The notes beneath the pieces were generated by a model that saw nothing but the letters and a program-made list of their open reading frames with translations, was not told where the DNA came from and ran no database searches. Positions 37,668 through 47,639 of a stretch of DNA of 64,000 nucleotides are shown piece by piece. Position numbers and translations under genes: made by a program. The DNA lies in the NCBI GenBank assembly GCA_964560525.1, contig CAZLLO010000004.1:530-64529 (forward strand), written 5' to 3'. Origin of the DNA: an uncultured Candidatus Saccharibacteria bacterium (GTDB lineage: Bacteria; Patescibacteriota; Dojkabacteria; SC72). How positions within the stretch are numbered: position 1 is the first letter of the stretch; each line of letters opens with the position of its first letter.

Positions 37668-39131
37668 ATGAATTCACAAATACAAAGGAAATTAGAAATA
37701 TTACCCCATAAACCAGGAGTATATAGATTCCTAAATAAAAAAGGGGAAATAATGTACATAGGTAAAGCAATCGACCTATACAATCGTGTAAGGTCATATT
37801 TTGCTAAAGACATCTCTGATCGTCCAAGAATTGTTCAAATGATGCCAATGGTAGAAGATTTTGAAATTACCGAAGTAAATAATGAAATAGAAGCATTAGT
37901 ACTAGAATCAGCATTAATTAAAAAATATGATCCCAAATACAATTCCGATCTAAAAGACGGAAAATCATATGCATGGATATATGTTTCAACAAAAGATAAA
38001 TTCCCAACTGTAGAAATTGTTAGAACTTTAAACAAGAAGGAATACAGCAGAGGAGAATTATTTGGTCCATATCCCAGTGGATTAGCTGTAAAACGGATCT
38101 TTACATATCTTAGAAAGTTGTATCCTTTCTGTAACTGTTGCCAAGAGGGTTCCAAAGAATCCCTCTACTACCACCTAGGCCTATGTCCTGGTCCATATCA
38201 AGGTCATATATCAGAAAAAGAATACAGAGGGAATATTAATGAAATCATTAAGTTCCTAAAAGGTCGGAAGAAGGGACAAATACAAGAATTAGTTAAAGAG
38301 ATGAAACAGTATTCAGCAAGTAAACAGTATGAAAAAGCAGCAAATCTTAGGGATAGAATTAACGATTTGGAATACTTAGGGGAAAAGATTGAGTTTACAT
38401 ACTTTGATACAGAGGAGGAATATACACAAAAACGGAAGAATCTTTTAAAGAAGAATTTTGATGGGCTTCGAACAGAATTAGGGCTTTCAAAGCTAGAAAG
38501 AATCGAATGCTACGACATCTCCAATACACAAGGGAAAGAAGCCTATGGCTCTATGGTAGTTGCACAAAACGGAGAAATAAATAGGGGAGAATACAGAATA
38601 TTTAAAATACAAGGACAGGATACTCCAAATGATCCCGCTATGTTAAGTGAAGTGCTAAAAAGGAGGTTTGCAAACAAAGAATTTACAACATGGCCCGATA
38701 TTGTGCTTATCGATGGAGGTAAGTCACAGTTAGGTGTGGTAAAGAAAAACATTCCAGATGATATTTTCATATTAGGTATTTCAAAGGGAAAACGTTTAAA
38801 AAGGAAAGGTGGAAGACTTCTTGATGAGTTCTGGGGTATGTATGAAGATGATGTTAAACAACTTGATATACAGAACAAAAGCATATTGATAGATCTAAGG
38901 GATGAAGCACATAGGTTTGCTATAACCCACCATAGGAAAGCAAGGTCGAAAGAGAGCCAAAGGTCTATACTGGAATCTATACAAGGTATTGGTCCTAAAC
39001 GAAGGAAAGAGTTGATGACAGTATTTGGTAGTATAGAAAATATCAAAAAAGCCTCAGTTGAAGAATTAGCAACAGTTTTGAAGAATAATGAAATAGCAAA
39101 AGAAGTGTATAACTATTTTAATATTTCTTAG
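37668..39131 (+). CDS. uvrC: Excinuclease ABC subunit C (short form, 487 aa)
   Basis: GIY-YIG motif GVYRFLNKKGEIMYIGKAIDLYNRVRSYF and C-terminal HhH QGIGPKRRKELMTVFGSIENIKKASVEELA. Confidence 0.8.
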   Translation: MNSQIQRKLEILPHKPGVYRFLNKKGEIMYIGKAIDLYNRVRSYFAKDISDRPRIVQMMPMVEDFEITEVNNEIEALVLESALIKKYDPKYNSDLKDGKSYAWIYVSTKDKFPTVEIVRTLNKKEYSRGELFGPYPSGLAVKRIFTYLRKLYPFCNCCQEGSKESLYYHLGLCPGPYQGHISEKEYRGNINEIIKFLKGRKKGQIQELVKEMKQYSASKQYEKAANLRDRINDLEYLGEKIEFTYFDTEEEYTQKRKNLLKKNFDGLRTELGLSKLERIECYDISNTQGKEAYGSMVVAQNGEINRGEYRIFKIQGQDTPNDPAMLSEVLKRRFANKEFTTWPDIVLIDGGKSQLGVVKKNIPDDIFILGISKGKRLKRKGGRLLDEFWGMYEDDVKQLDIQNKSILIDLRDEAHRFAITHHRKARSKESQRSILESIQGIGPKRRKELMTVFGSIENIKKASVEELATVLKNNEIAKEVYNYFNIS

Positions 39132-40209
39132 AGCTTTGTGGCTGAATTTCTTCTAGAATGTAGTCAACAAAAGGGTTCTGGAGTACATTTGAATCAATTA
39201 TATATACGAGTTTGTTGTAAGTATTTGGGATTACTACTATCTGATCTGTAATTGATTTTGTTCCTATTGTTCCTCTCAGCCCAGTTCCCCATCGAGTTGA
39301 GATTACGACAGTATTAATTACGTTCCATTTCTCTTCGCTGCTTGTATTAAGCTGAGCCACATAATCGTCTACAAAATAATCTAAAGCTTTTGTTCCTGAT
39401 TTTCCGATAGGGGTTAAATATATCTTTTCGTTAGTTCCTATCTTACTCATGAGAAGTTGTTGTTCACTGGAGTTATATATGGAGACCTTGTAGGATAGTA
39501 TATATTCTTTTGGTATTGGCAATATCCATGGAAAATCTGGGAGTAAATCTTGTGCATCTTCATCTGTTAATAAAAGTTCCCTTTCTGTTTTTAATGCAAC
39601 TCTGTCGGCTAATCCGCTTTGGGCTTGTGTTGTTGAGATTGTCTCGTACCAGACATCGTTATATTTAGAATAGATTCTCAACCCTTGATTCTCTTTGGTC
39701 CAGTATTGTCCATATTCCTTGTCTTCCGATTCCATAGATACCATCTGTACAAATGTCCAGCCATATGTAGGAAGTTTTTCATTATAATATTCAAATACTT
39801 CATCAATATTAGTTCCATTTGGTAGCCTATACCCAGAGCTTCCACTTGCTAGAAATGTTTTTACAGAATCTAAATCCATACTGTTTGCAAATATGAATGA
39901 GGAATTGGGATAGGCAGGCATGTTTTCAATACCAATAATGTATGTCTGTTCCTGGATCTTTTCTCTATTTCTAAGTTTATTTATATATACTACAGCAAGA
40001 TATGCTATGGCTAGAAATATGGCTATTAAGCCAACATATATAGCAAGTTGAGGAATATGCACATTTCTCTTCCTTGAGATTGAGGAATTCTTTTTCTTAA
40101 ATATTTGAAATTTCGGTTTACGTATTTGTCTTAGGTTGTTCTTCTTTACAGGCATGTAGATATTCTTATCTTTTCTGGTGGTATGTTTTATTCTTCTGAG
40201 GGGCTTCAT
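39118..40209 (-). CDS. Hypothetical membrane-anchored protein (basic N-terminus, one TM, extracytoplasmic domain)
   Basis: TM LAIYVGLIAIFLAIAYLAVVYI. No recognised motif. Confidence 0.5.
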   Translation of the reverse strand: MKPLRRIKHTTRKDKNIYMPVKKNNLRQIRKPKFQIFKKKNSSISRKRNVHIPQLAIYVGLIAIFLAIAYLAVVYINKLRNREKIQEQTYIIGIENMPAYPNSSFIFANSMDLDSVKTFLASGSSGYRLPNGTNIDEVFEYYNEKLPTYGWTFVQMVSMESEDKEYGQYWTKENQGLRIYSKYNDVWYETISTTQAQSGLADRVALKTERELLLTDEDAQDLLPDFPWILPIPKEYILSYKVSIYNSSEQQLLMSKIGTNEKIYLTPIGKSGTKALDYFVDDYVAQLNTSSEEKWNVINTVVISTRWGTGLRGTIGTKSITDQIVVIPNTYNKLVYIIDSNVLQNPFVDYILEEIQPQSSKKY

Positions 40210-40283
40210 AATTATCCATTATATCCATTTTTAGTCTTACAAGTATATATATTTTTGTAGTATAATCTCGGAGTTGTTATTAA

Positions 40284-40357
40284 TGCGGGATCGTCTAATG
40301 GTAGGACATTGGCCTTTGAAGCCAAGTATCATAGTTCGAATCTATGTCCCGCAACCA
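40284..40357 (+). tRNA. tRNA-Gln (anticodon TTG), CCA encoded
   Basis: TGCGGGATCGTCTAATGGTAGGACATTGGCCTTTGAAGCCAAGTATCATAGTTCGAATCTATGTCCCGCAACCA: U1:A72 acceptor as in E. coli tRNA-Gln, D-stem GTCT/GGAC, anticodon stem TTGGC/GCCAA, loop CTTTGAA, T-arm CATAG-TTCGAAT-CTATG. Confidence 0.8.
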
Positions 40358-40365
40358 TTATATGT

Positions 40366-41298
40366 TTATCTATAATACATATATGCAATAAGCATTATGT
40401 AGGATATAAGCATAAATAATCCCTCTCTACGACTAATGTAGAACTTCTTTCCAATGAATGCGGCGACTATCAACACCAAGTTGTACAATACTAATACAAC
40501 TAATTCATAAATATAGTCTTGAAAAGGTAAAGAAACAATAAAAGAAGAAATACCAATAATAAAGAACAAATTAAAGAAATTAGAACCAATAATATTACCA
40601 AGACTCAATGCGTATCTACCTTTTTTAAGTGCAATAACCGAAACCATCAGTTCTGGTAGGGAGGAACCAATTGCAAGGATTGTGAACCCTGCGAAACCCT
40701 CAGAAATATGAAGTAGATTTGCTAGATTAACAGCCGAATCCACTGAGAACTTACCACCTGCTGCGATAAGAATTAGACTTAAAACAATCATAATCGGGTG
40801 AATCTTTGTGTGTCTAGGGTGTTCTATTGTTGTACTTTTCTTTTCCCTTTTGTATACCAGTAGAAAATATGCTGCAAAAATCACCAGTAATATTATTCCT
40901 GCTACCCAGTTTATTTGTCCTTTTGTGAAATATAATATTCCTAAGAATATCACCACACTCAGAACAGAGAGAGGAATATCAAATTTTAGATTTGATTTAT
41001 TAATCTTTATAGCTCCAAAGAGTGTAGTTATGGCAAGAATAAAACCGATATTAGCAATACTACTTCCGATTACATTGCTTGTTGTTACAGCTACATTCCC
41101 TTGAATTGCAGCAACAAGGCTAATTATGAATTCTGGTAGGGAAGTACCAAAAGCAACAATTGTAATACCAATTAAAAATTCTGGTATGTGATATTTTCTA
41201 GCAAGTGCAGAAGACTGATTAATAAATAGCTCTGCACCTTGTACCAGGGCATATATACTAGCTATTAAAATACCTATATCTAAGACATATTGCCACAT
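40366..41298 (-). CDS. CaCA-family Na+/Ca2+ exchanger (YrbG-like)
   Basis: Two alpha-repeats with GTSLPE signatures (AFGTSLPEFIISL and AIGSSLPELMVSV). Confidence 0.7.
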   Translation of the reverse strand: MWQYVLDIGILIASIYALVQGAELFINQSSALARKYHIPEFLIGITIVAFGTSLPEFIISLVAAIQGNVAVTTSNVIGSSIANIGFILAITTLFGAIKINKSNLKFDIPLSVLSVVIFLGILYFTKGQINWVAGIILLVIFAAYFLLVYKREKKSTTIEHPRHTKIHPIMIVLSLILIAAGGKFSVDSAVNLANLLHISEGFAGFTILAIGSSLPELMVSVIALKKGRYALSLGNIIGSNFFNLFFIIGISSFIVSLPFQDYIYELVVLVLYNLVLIVAAFIGKKFYISRREGLFMLISYIMLIAYMYYR

Positions 41299-41299
41299 A

Positions 41300-42100
41300 T
41301 TAAAGCAGTTTTAATTTAATCATTGCAGCCTTTGTTGCCTCTTCTCCAATCTTAATCAATTCTGTTGGATCTTCTGCTATTGCTGTAAGTGGAAGATTAG
41401 GATCTACGCTAAGATTCAGTGCAATATCAGCGTTTTTAACACTTTCCATAGAAGAGTTGTAAAGGGAAATATCAATCATTGCACTAATAACATCAATAAA
41501 GGAGAGCTTCTCGATATCAAGCTTCCGAGGGAATTTTTCTGAATAGAGATTAACAGCTATGACTTTTTGTGCCCCCATTTCTCTTACAACATTAACTGGA
41601 ACAGGATTAGTATTCCCCCCATCTATTAGTACCATATCATTGTATTTCACAGGTCTTAGAAGTAATGGGATTGAGATACTTGCCCTAATTGCTTCTAAAA
41701 GATTTCCCTCTTTTAAAACTACTGGTTGTGCAGTATTTAAATCTGTAGCTATTGCTGCAAATGGAATTTTTGTATCCTGTATTAATGTGTTTCTCCCAAT
41801 ATACCCATCTAAAAGATTAAGGACTTTTTCACCTTTAAAAATGCTTGATTTTAGGGAAGGATCAAAAAAAGCATTAAACATGTCTTTGTAATCACTAGAA
41901 TATGCCAAATCCTCAATCATCTTAATATCTTTTGTGAGCGCATATAGTCCACCTACAACGGAACCAATACTTGTACCAGCAATATAGTCGATTGCAATAT
42001 TATTCTTCTCCAATTCTTTAATAACACCTATATGTGCAATACCTTTAGCTGCACCAGCTCCTAAAGCTAGGCCAATTTTCTTTCTAAATAAATGGAACAT
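41300..42100 (-). CDS. Patatin-like phospholipase
   Basis: GxGxxG (GLALGAGAAKGIAHIG) and GxSxG (GTSIGS) patatin motifs. Confidence 0.75.
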   Translation of the reverse strand: MFHLFRKKIGLALGAGAAKGIAHIGVIKELEKNNIAIDYIAGTSIGSVVGGLYALTKDIKMIEDLAYSSDYKDMFNAFFDPSLKSSIFKGEKVLNLLDGYIGRNTLIQDTKIPFAAIATDLNTAQPVVLKEGNLLEAIRASISIPLLLRPVKYNDMVLIDGGNTNPVPVNVVREMGAQKVIAVNLYSEKFPRKLDIEKLSFIDVISAMIDISLYNSSMESVKNADIALNLSVDPNLPLTAIAEDPTELIKIGEEATKAAMIKLKLL

Positions 42101-42109
42101 GGCAGTATA

Positions 42110-44074
42110 TTATAAATTAGATTGTATCTCTTTTATTTGATCTCTTAATTCGGCTGCTTTTTCAAATTGTAAACTATCAGCAGCAACTAACATTTGTGTT
42201 TCTAATTTCTTAATTAATAGCTTCTTTTGTTTTTGATCTAAAGCTTCAATATATTTATCATCAACTTCTATCTCTTCTTCTTTTTCTATTAATGACCCTC
42301 TTATTTCTTTTGATATTGAAGTAGGGGTTATATTGTTTTCTAAATTATATTTTTCTTGATATGCTCTTCTTCTGTTAGTTTCTTCAATAGCGAATTTCAT
42401 GCTATCTGTAATCTTGTCTGCATACATAATAACACGACCATTAACATGACGTGCAGCTCTTCCAATTGTTTGTACTAAGCTAGTTTTAGATCTTAGGAAA
42501 CCTTCTTTATCAGCATCTAAAATTAAGATTAATGATACCTCAGGTAGGTCGAGTCCTTCTCTTAAAAGGTTAATCCCAACCAGTACATCATATTTACCTA
42601 ATCTTAAATCTCTAAGAATATCTACTCTTTCAACTGTATCGATGTCAGAGTGTAAATACTGTACCTTGATATTCATCTCCTTGAGATAATCTGTAAGATC
42701 TTCTGCCATTTTCTTAGTAAGTGTTGTAACCAAGACTCTTTGACCATTTCTAACGTTTGCCTCAATCTCTGTAATGACGTCATCTATCTGACCTTCGGTT
42801 TTTCTCACCTCTATCTTAGGATCTAACAAACCAGTTGGTCTTGTCAGCAACTCTACAATTGTTTTATTACTATCCTGAATCTCATACTCAGATGGTGTAG
42901 CGGATATATACAGTGTATTTCCTTGCTTTTGTGTGAACTCTTTAAAATTTAGCGGTCTATTATCTCTAGCACTTGGTAATCTAAATCCATATTCAATTAG
43001 GTTATCCTTTCTTGCTTTATCTCCATTAAACATTCCACCAATTTGAGGAATAGTTATGTGTGATTCATCAATGAAAAGGAGATAGTCATCTGGGAAGTAA
43101 TCTAACAAAGTATATGGTGGCTCTCCTGTTTTTCGGCCATCAAAATATATGGAGTAGTTTTCCATACTCTTACAGTATCCAACTTCCTGTAGCATCTCTA
43201 TATCATAGTTGGTCTTCTGTTCTAATCTGTAAGCTTCTATTTCTTTCCCAATATTTTTTAAGAATGCAGCTCTCTGAGCCAGATCCGCTTGTATGCGCTT
43301 ACTGGCTTCTTTTATGACCTCATCAGAGTAGACCAAAGATGTAGCTGGAAAGATTAATATTTCCTTCATCTCTTGTATCTTGTGCTTTGAAATAGGATCT
43401 ACTTTGTATATATTTTCAATCTTCTCTCCCCACATCTCTATACGAATTGAATACTCCTCGTAAGGTGGGAAGATCTCAATAATATCGCCATTAATTCTAA
43501 ATACTCCTGTATCAAAATCATAAGTATCTCGTATATATCTCATTGAAACTAGCTCTCTTGCTAGGTCTGATAGGTTGTATGAATGTCCTTGTCTCAATTC
43601 GAGAGATTTATTCTCATAGTTTGAAGGATCCCCAATATTGTAGATACAAGAAACAGATGCGATTACAATTGTATCTCTTCTTGTTAATGCAGAATTCATT
43701 GCTCCAAACCTCAGATTCTCAATTTCTTTGTTAACTTCAGACTCTTTCTCAATGTAAAGATCTTTGGCAGGGATATATGCTTCTGGTTGGTAGTAATCGT
43801 AGTAGGAGACAAAGTACTTTACCGAATTTTCAGGAAAGTATTCTTTAAATTCCTCATATAACTGTGCTGCCAAAGTTTTGTTGTGTGAGATTATGAGTGT
43901 AGGTCTATTAAGGTTTTGTATGATATTTGCCATAACAAAGGTCTTTCCAGAACCAGTAACACCAAAGAGTATTTGGCGATCTTTACCATTTTCTTCATTT
44001 AACAAAATCTGCTCAACGGCTTTTTGTTGATCTGGAGAAGTATTGTATGGAGCTTGTAATTTGAATGAATCCAT
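42110..44074 (-). CDS. uvrB: Excinuclease ABC subunit B
   Basis: Walker A GVTGSGKTFVMANII, helicase motifs, C-terminal UVR coiled-coil (QMLVAADSLQFEKAAELRDQI). Confidence 0.9.
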   Translation of the reverse strand: MDSFKLQAPYNTSPDQQKAVEQILLNEENGKDRQILFGVTGSGKTFVMANIIQNLNRPTLIISHNKTLAAQLYEEFKEYFPENSVKYFVSYYDYYQPEAYIPAKDLYIEKESEVNKEIENLRFGAMNSALTRRDTIVIASVSCIYNIGDPSNYENKSLELRQGHSYNLSDLARELVSMRYIRDTYDFDTGVFRINGDIIEIFPPYEEYSIRIEMWGEKIENIYKVDPISKHKIQEMKEILIFPATSLVYSDEVIKEASKRIQADLAQRAAFLKNIGKEIEAYRLEQKTNYDIEMLQEVGYCKSMENYSIYFDGRKTGEPPYTLLDYFPDDYLLFIDESHITIPQIGGMFNGDKARKDNLIEYGFRLPSARDNRPLNFKEFTQKQGNTLYISATPSEYEIQDSNKTIVELLTRPTGLLDPKIEVRKTEGQIDDVITEIEANVRNGQRVLVTTLTKKMAEDLTDYLKEMNIKVQYLHSDIDTVERVDILRDLRLGKYDVLVGINLLREGLDLPEVSLILILDADKEGFLRSKTSLVQTIGRAARHVNGRVIMYADKITDSMKFAIEETNRRRAYQEKYNLENNITPTSISKEIRGSLIEKEEEIEVDDKYIEALDQKQKKLLIKKLETQMLVAADSLQFEKAAELRDQIKEIQSNL

Positions 44075-44117
44075 TCATCGATTCTAGCAGATATCAGTTT
44101 GTGTTAAAATAGTTGAT

Positions 44118-45941
44118 ATGGATAGACCAATATTGAACAAATTAACACCAGAGGTTATTAACCAAATTGCAGCAGGCGAGGTTATAGAGCGTCCTGCATC
44201 TGTAGTAAAAGAGCTTGTAGACAATGCTATCGATGCCAAGTCTACTAGGATAGCTATACGTGTTAATGGTGGTGGAATGAATATGATTGAGGTAAGTGAT
44301 AATGGTGTTGGAATTCCAAAAGAGAATCTAGATAGTGTTTTTGATGCTCATACGACCTCAAAATTAAAGAGTATCGAGGATCTTAATACCCTAATGAGTA
44401 TGGGATTTAGGGGAGAGGCACTTTCAACTATTACTTCCGTGGCAAAGGTAACATTGGTATCAAAATTTGAAAATGAAGAGATTGGGAATGAAATTAGATA
44501 TGATGAAAACGGTAAATCACAGATAAAGAAAAGCCCTCGGGAAGTAGGAACTTCTGTAAAGGTTGAAGAGCTTTTTTACAATATCCCTGCTAGAAGAAAA
44601 TATCTTAAATCGGAACAAACAGAATATCGAAAAATATATGAATTGCTTTCTAAGTATTTCTTAGTATATCCAAATATACATTTCACTCTTGAAAAAGATG
44701 GCAAAGGTGTTCTAGACCTTCCTATTGTTAAGGATGCTAAGCCGGGTGATATTTGTATTGAAAGGGTTAAAGATATTTTCCCTGGAGATACGGGATTGAG
44801 TCTTTTCTATGATGGCTCTGGCATACATATGAACGGTTATACAGCACATCCTTCGTTGCATGGGCCTAAGCTTACTAAACAGTATATCTTTATAAATGGA
44901 AGACCTATTTCTGAGCATGGTATTGTTAGAGCTGTTTATGAGGGCTATTCTAGATATCTTCCATTTGGTGAGAAGATACCCTTTGTATTAAACCTAACAG
45001 TACGTCCTGATCTTGTAGATGTTAATGTCCATCCTAGAAAAGAAGAAGTTCGTTTTGAAAATGCATTTAGAATATATTCTGCTGTTGAAGAAGCGATTAG
45101 ACATACTTTAGAAAAAGCTCTTTCTTACAAAACTAATGGTGAAGCTGGATCTGCTCCTAGAGATTTCTCACAAATGAGAGAGATGTTTAAGCCTCATCAA
45201 GGTTCATCTTCGCAAAAAGATTATTCAGCTTCTGGGTATAACGAAATTGCATTTAATAATAAGGCTTCATCAGTGAGAGATAGTCTGCTATTTTCTAAAC
45301 AATTATTAAGTGAGAATAGGGTAACAGAAACATCTCCATTACCGTTTGATAACAGTATAGAGAATAATTCTATTAGAAATATTTTCCAGATATTTAACAA
45401 GTACATTGTTGTCGAATTTGAAAATGAAAAGCTTTGGGTAATTGATCAACATGCTGCTGCAGAGAGGATTAATTTTGAAAAGATATCCAAAAGAGAAAAA
45501 GGGAATCTTACGACTCAAAACCTTCTTGTTCCCTCTAGTATGAATTTCTCAAAAGAAGAGCTTTTGTTTTTAGAAGAATACAAAGATTTCTTTGAAGAAT
45601 TAGGTTTCAAATATGATATAACGGAATCGAGTATCAGTGTTTTAAGTACACCTGTTGAATTTTCTATGGATATTGAAAAAATGTTTAAGGAGATTTTTGA
45701 ATTAAGTGATTCGCCAGAAACATTACGAAAGAATTTTGAGAAACTGAAACATGATATACTTGCAACAATTGCATGCCACACAAGTGTTAGATCTGGGCAA
45801 CAACTGGATCGATCTGAAATGTTGAGTATGTACAAAGAGCTTCTGAATTGTGAGAACCCATATAGCTGTCCCCATGGGAGACCTGCAATATGGAAGATGT
45901 CTTTGAGTGAAATAGATAAAAATTTTGAAAGAACATATTAA
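44118..45941 (+). CDS. mutL: DNA mismatch repair protein MutL
   Basis: GHKL ATPase N-terminus INQIAAGEVIERPASVVKELVDNAIDA, C-terminal dimerisation domain. Confidence 0.85.
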   Translation: MDRPILNKLTPEVINQIAAGEVIERPASVVKELVDNAIDAKSTRIAIRVNGGGMNMIEVSDNGVGIPKENLDSVFDAHTTSKLKSIEDLNTLMSMGFRGEALSTITSVAKVTLVSKFENEEIGNEIRYDENGKSQIKKSPREVGTSVKVEELFYNIPARRKYLKSEQTEYRKIYELLSKYFLVYPNIHFTLEKDGKGVLDLPIVKDAKPGDICIERVKDIFPGDTGLSLFYDGSGIHMNGYTAHPSLHGPKLTKQYIFINGRPISEHGIVRAVYEGYSRYLPFGEKIPFVLNLTVRPDLVDVNVHPRKEEVRFENAFRIYSAVEEAIRHTLEKALSYKTNGEAGSAPRDFSQMREMFKPHQGSSSQKDYSASGYNEIAFNNKASSVRDSLLFSKQLLSENRVTETSPLPFDNSIENNSIRNIFQIFNKYIVVEFENEKLWVIDQHAAAERINFEKISKREKGNLTTQNLLVPSSMNFSKEELLFLEEYKDFFEELGFKYDITESSISVLSTPVEFSMDIEKMFKEIFELSDSPETLRKNFEKLKHDILATIACHTSVRSGQQLDRSEMLSMYKELLNCENPYSCPHGRPAIWKMSLSEIDKNFERTY

Positions 45942-46645
45942 TGAAAACAGGAACACTATACTTAATACCTACACCAATAAATAGCAAAGAATTAAAAGAT
46001 ATTCTCTTACCAGAAGACATATCTATGATTTCCAAGATCAAGACTTTTGTTGTAGAAACTCCTAAGAATGCAAGAAGAAATTTAGGTACATTACCTATGG
46101 ATACTAAGATGCAGGAGATCGTCATGTATGAGCTTAGTGAGCATACTAAAGATTTTGAAATCAATGCTCTAATAAAACCTTTATTAAATGGTGAAGATGT
46201 TGGGTTAATGTCTGATGCAGGTGTACCAAGTGTTGCGGACCCTGGCTATAGGGTCGTAAGAGAGGCTCAGAGGTATGATATTAAGATTGTACCATTAGTA
46301 GGACCATCCTCAATTCTTTTAGCTCTTATGGCTTCTGGTTTGAATGGGCAGAATTTTGCTTTTAATGGATATATACCAAAGGATAGTGAAGAATTAAAGA
46401 AAAAGATAAAATTCTTGGAAAATTTAGCCATAAAGATTAATCAAACACAAATTTTTATGGATACACCATATCGTAATCAGAAATTGTTTGAGTCTGTAAT
46501 GCAAGTTTGTAACCCAGAGACATATTTATGCATCGCATTTAATGTTGGTGCAGATGATGGATATATTAAAACAATGAAAGTGAGAGATTGGGCGAAATGT
46601 AAGATTGTACTTCCAAAAGCCCCATGTCTATTTCTTCTAAACTAG
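45941..46645 (+). CDS. rsmI: Tetrapyrrole-methylase-family 16S rRNA (cytidine1402-2'-O)-methyltransferase RsmI/YraL-like
   Basis: GLMSDAGVPSVADPGYRVVREAQRYDIKIVPLVGPSSILLALMASGL...FAFNGYIP. Confidence 0.6.
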   Translation: MKTGTLYLIPTPINSKELKDILLPEDISMISKIKTFVVETPKNARRNLGTLPMDTKMQEIVMYELSEHTKDFEINALIKPLLNGEDVGLMSDAGVPSVADPGYRVVREAQRYDIKIVPLVGPSSILLALMASGLNGQNFAFNGYIPKDSEELKKKIKFLENLAIKINQTQIFMDTPYRNQKLFESVMQVCNPETYLCIAFNVGADDGYIKTMKVRDWAKCKIVLPKAPCLFLLN

Positions 46646-47620
46646 TTATTTTCTCAATAGCTTGTACATTCGGTAGAGGATGTATGGGATCTTCTTTGTG
46701 ATTAAATCATAAGTTCCAGGGTATGAGACCTCTAATCCATTATTTTCATTTACAAAGTTCCTTTTGAATCTAGTTACACCTGGCCATCTTCTCTCATCGA
46801 TTCCCCAGAAATCATAGTATCTAAACCCTGCTTTTTGTGCATCTGTAATACACTTCCATTGCAACAGGAAAGGAGCCATTACATTACGATTCTCATTGGA
46901 GGATGCACCATGCAGATAGGTTACTGTATCACCATAATAAGTCATGAGATGTGCACATATGATTTTCCCATCATATTCACCAACCATTAGTTTTGCAAAG
47001 TTGGGATCCAGGGAGAGAAGCTTTGAATAGTATGCTTGTGAGTGTGCACTAAATCCATCTCTTTTGGTTGTTTCCTTTAGTAAATCTAGAAAAGCGGGGT
47101 AATCACTTTTAGTTGCTTCTCTTACGATTACATTATTTCTTTGTGCTACCTTAATATTGTATCTTGTCTTGTGATGTACAGTTTTCAGAATTTCTTCTTC
47201 AGAATTAGCTAGGTCTAGCATTAAAGTTTTGCTTGGTTGCAAATCTTCAACCTTATGAAGTTCTTTTGATGATAGAAGTGTGGTATCTAGAAGGTCACAT
47301 TTCCAGAACATAGCATTTGATTGCTGAGAGAGTGTCTTTATTATATCTATGAATTCTTGAGATTTAAATTCTTCAGGAAGAAGAATTAATGGTGATCTTG
47401 GTGAGTAGAGATATGAAAATCCAAAAGGGAGGATATTTTTTATAGTATTGAAGAGTGCAATAGGAGCCCCTGTGTTTGTGAAAAGTCCAAATCTCTTAAT
47501 CTCTTTCCCCAATGATTGTTGGAACTCTCCCCATTGCCAAGCAAGCAGTAACTGTGATTGATCTTGTTGGGATACAATATTATCCCATTGGTTTTTATCT
47601 TCGATTTCTTTAAGAATCAT
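46646..47620 (-). CDS. FemAB-family peptidoglycan peptide-bridge aminoacyltransferase
   Basis: FemAB-like architecture and blocks (HKTRYNIKVAQRN, GTYDLITKK, FKRNF). Confidence 0.55.
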   Translation of the reverse strand: MILKEIEDKNQWDNIVSQQDQSQLLLAWQWGEFQQSLGKEIKRFGLFTNTGAPIALFNTIKNILPFGFSYLYSPRSPLILLPEEFKSQEFIDIIKTLSQQSNAMFWKCDLLDTTLLSSKELHKVEDLQPSKTLMLDLANSEEEILKTVHHKTRYNIKVAQRNNVIVREATKSDYPAFLDLLKETTKRDGFSAHSQAYYSKLLSLDPNFAKLMVGEYDGKIICAHLMTYYGDTVTYLHGASSNENRNVMAPFLLQWKCITDAQKAGFRYYDFWGIDERRWPGVTRFKRNFVNENNGLEVSYPGTYDLITKKIPYILYRMYKLLRK

Positions 47621-47639
47621 GAGTATATACTACTAGAAA